A stretch of DNA of 64,000 bases from the human T2T-CHM13v2.0 reference genome, Homo sapiens, in assembly GCF_009914755.1 (NCBI RefSeq), contig NC_060926.1. One strand, 5' to 3'. Every line of letters begins with the position of its first letter. The stretch's first letter is position 1. The notes under the pieces were generated by a model that was not told the origin of the DNA, ran no database searches, and worked only from the letters and a program-made list of their open reading frames with translations. Positions 62,477 through 64,000 of this stretch are shown in pieces. A program made the position numbers and the translations under genes.

Positions 62477-62934
62477 ATCATGGGACTTCTCAGCCTCCAT
62501 AATCATGTGAGCCAATTGGCTCATGAAATTATGGAGGCTGAGAAGTCCTAAGATTTGTTGTCTGCAAGCTATAGACCAAGGAAAGCTGGTGGTATAATTC
62601 AGCTTGAGTCCAAAGGCCTGAGAACAAGAGGAGCTGATGGTGTAACTTTCAGTCCAAGGGCAAGAGAAGATGAGATTAGATGAGATATCCCAGTTCAAGC
62701 AGCAAGACAGAGAAAAGGGGTGAATTTCTCCTTCCTTCACCTTTTATTCTATTCAGGCCCTCAACAAATTGGATGATGCCTACCCTCATTGGGAAGACAT
62801 CAACCTGCTTTACTGAGTTCACCTATTCAAATGTTAATCTCATCTGGAATACTCTCACAGACACGTCCATAGTAATATTTAATCTGAGCCACCCTGTGGT
62901 CCAGTCAAGTAAATACATAAAATTAACCACCACA
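62477..62934 (-). mobile_element. MLT2 (ERVL) LTR with a fold-back left end
   Basis: ttggctca...attatggaggctgagaagtcc...aaatgttaatctcatctggaa...cataaaattaaccaccaca. Confidence 0.85.
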
Positions 62935-63289
62935 CTAAGCATGTGGCCTTGAGCAGACAGCAAAATTAATGATTGACATTTTTAAAAACTCTCGACAGTG
63001 ACAGATTGTATGTTCAAGGCCTGAAATAACTGCATAAAACATTTTACTGGAAGAAGTTTACTATACTTCTATATTAAATGCATTTTTATTTTGTATTTTT
63101 TGTGTGCCTGTTTTGCTAGGTGTTCATAAATAATACCAGTAGAACTTTTTCAGAGAACTGGTAAAGATAAATTACTTGATTTTGTTATCCAGGAAAGGAG
63201 ACAGTGGCTACTGTTTCTTAATTTTATCTTTAGGATATGGATGTCCTTAATAACTGTTGCAGAATGGTTGATAGAATGCACACATAAAT

Positions 63290-64000
63290 ACACATAAATA
63301 TAAATTCATTATTTTCAATGATGAGATTATAATGTTATGATTAATATTTTTGAAATTACCAATATTTTAGAGATATATTCCCTTTTATTCTGTTTTTATG
63401 ATTTGTCAAATAAGATATTCCAGAAAATAAAATGTTTGAAATTCATGTGTTTATCACTGAGATTAAACAAATGTTAATATTTTTCTCACATTTACGTCAT
63501 GATTTCAGGATAGAGAATGCTTCAGGCAGACTTTACAGTCTTTTCCCCACTTCCTACCCAACTTCTTTTCCACAATCAACAGAGTTGGAGCTCTCCTACA
63601 CTGAGATGAAACTTTGTGTTTAGTGGTTTTATATTTTCTCAGCTTTTTATATCCTTTCCATTCATGTGTTTATATCTTGGCTACTTATGTTAAGGTTTTT
63701 TTATACTCTCTTTACCCATGCTTATTTGGAAGTTATACATTATAGTTCTATTATTTTAGAAGTTAAAAGGTACATTTTGACCTAACAGCATTCAAAGTTA
63801 ACTAACATCTTTCTTCTGCACAACACAAAGAACGTTAAAAAGTTTGATTCACATTGCCCTCCCCAGTGGTCAATGTGATTAGTGTTAAATATATTCATGT
63901 CAACTTGTATATTTACCTTCCCCATTTTGTAAATATTTTCAGGATGTCAATAGTATGGTGGGGTAGGAGATATCAGCTTTCATTTTTCCTAAAAACAAGA
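63290..64000 (-). mobile_element. Old L1M fragments
   Basis: T-rich decayed L1 3' and inter-ORF-like sequence; boundaries rough. Confidence 0.4.

Overview
AT-rich, CpG-poor, repeat-dense primate (human/ape-like) genomic DNA, either intergenic or deep intronic. I find no recognisable cellular protein-coding exon, RNA gene or CpG-island promoter. The six-frame ORFs come from Alu, L1, LTR or microsatellite sequence or are chance ORFs, apart from decayed L1 ORF2 remnants. The window is a mosaic of 12 full or near-full Alus plus fragments, L1s of several ages (L1PA2-like to L1ME), MaLR/ERVL/ERV1 solo LTRs, DNA-transposon MITEs (MER58A, MER53, MADE1, MER47-like), MIR/L2 and microsatellites. Subfamily names are from recall of consensus sequences, not from a search. 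Structures that a repeat list does not explain: (1) a ~1.2 kb inverted duplication (39936-41138 vs 46427-47654) that copies an L1 segment with its Alu insertions and brackets a 5.3 kb spacer; (2) a 78-nt loop-less fold-back palindrome in an MLT2 LTR (62477-62554); (3) a ~360 bp two-ended mini-L1 with the 5' UTR fused to the 3' end (53068-53430); (4) several templated-insertion scars, including an exact 26-bp copy 635 bp from its source; (5) a 3x13-bp array of BCL6/STAT-like sites. I see no evidence for a new multi-gene system.
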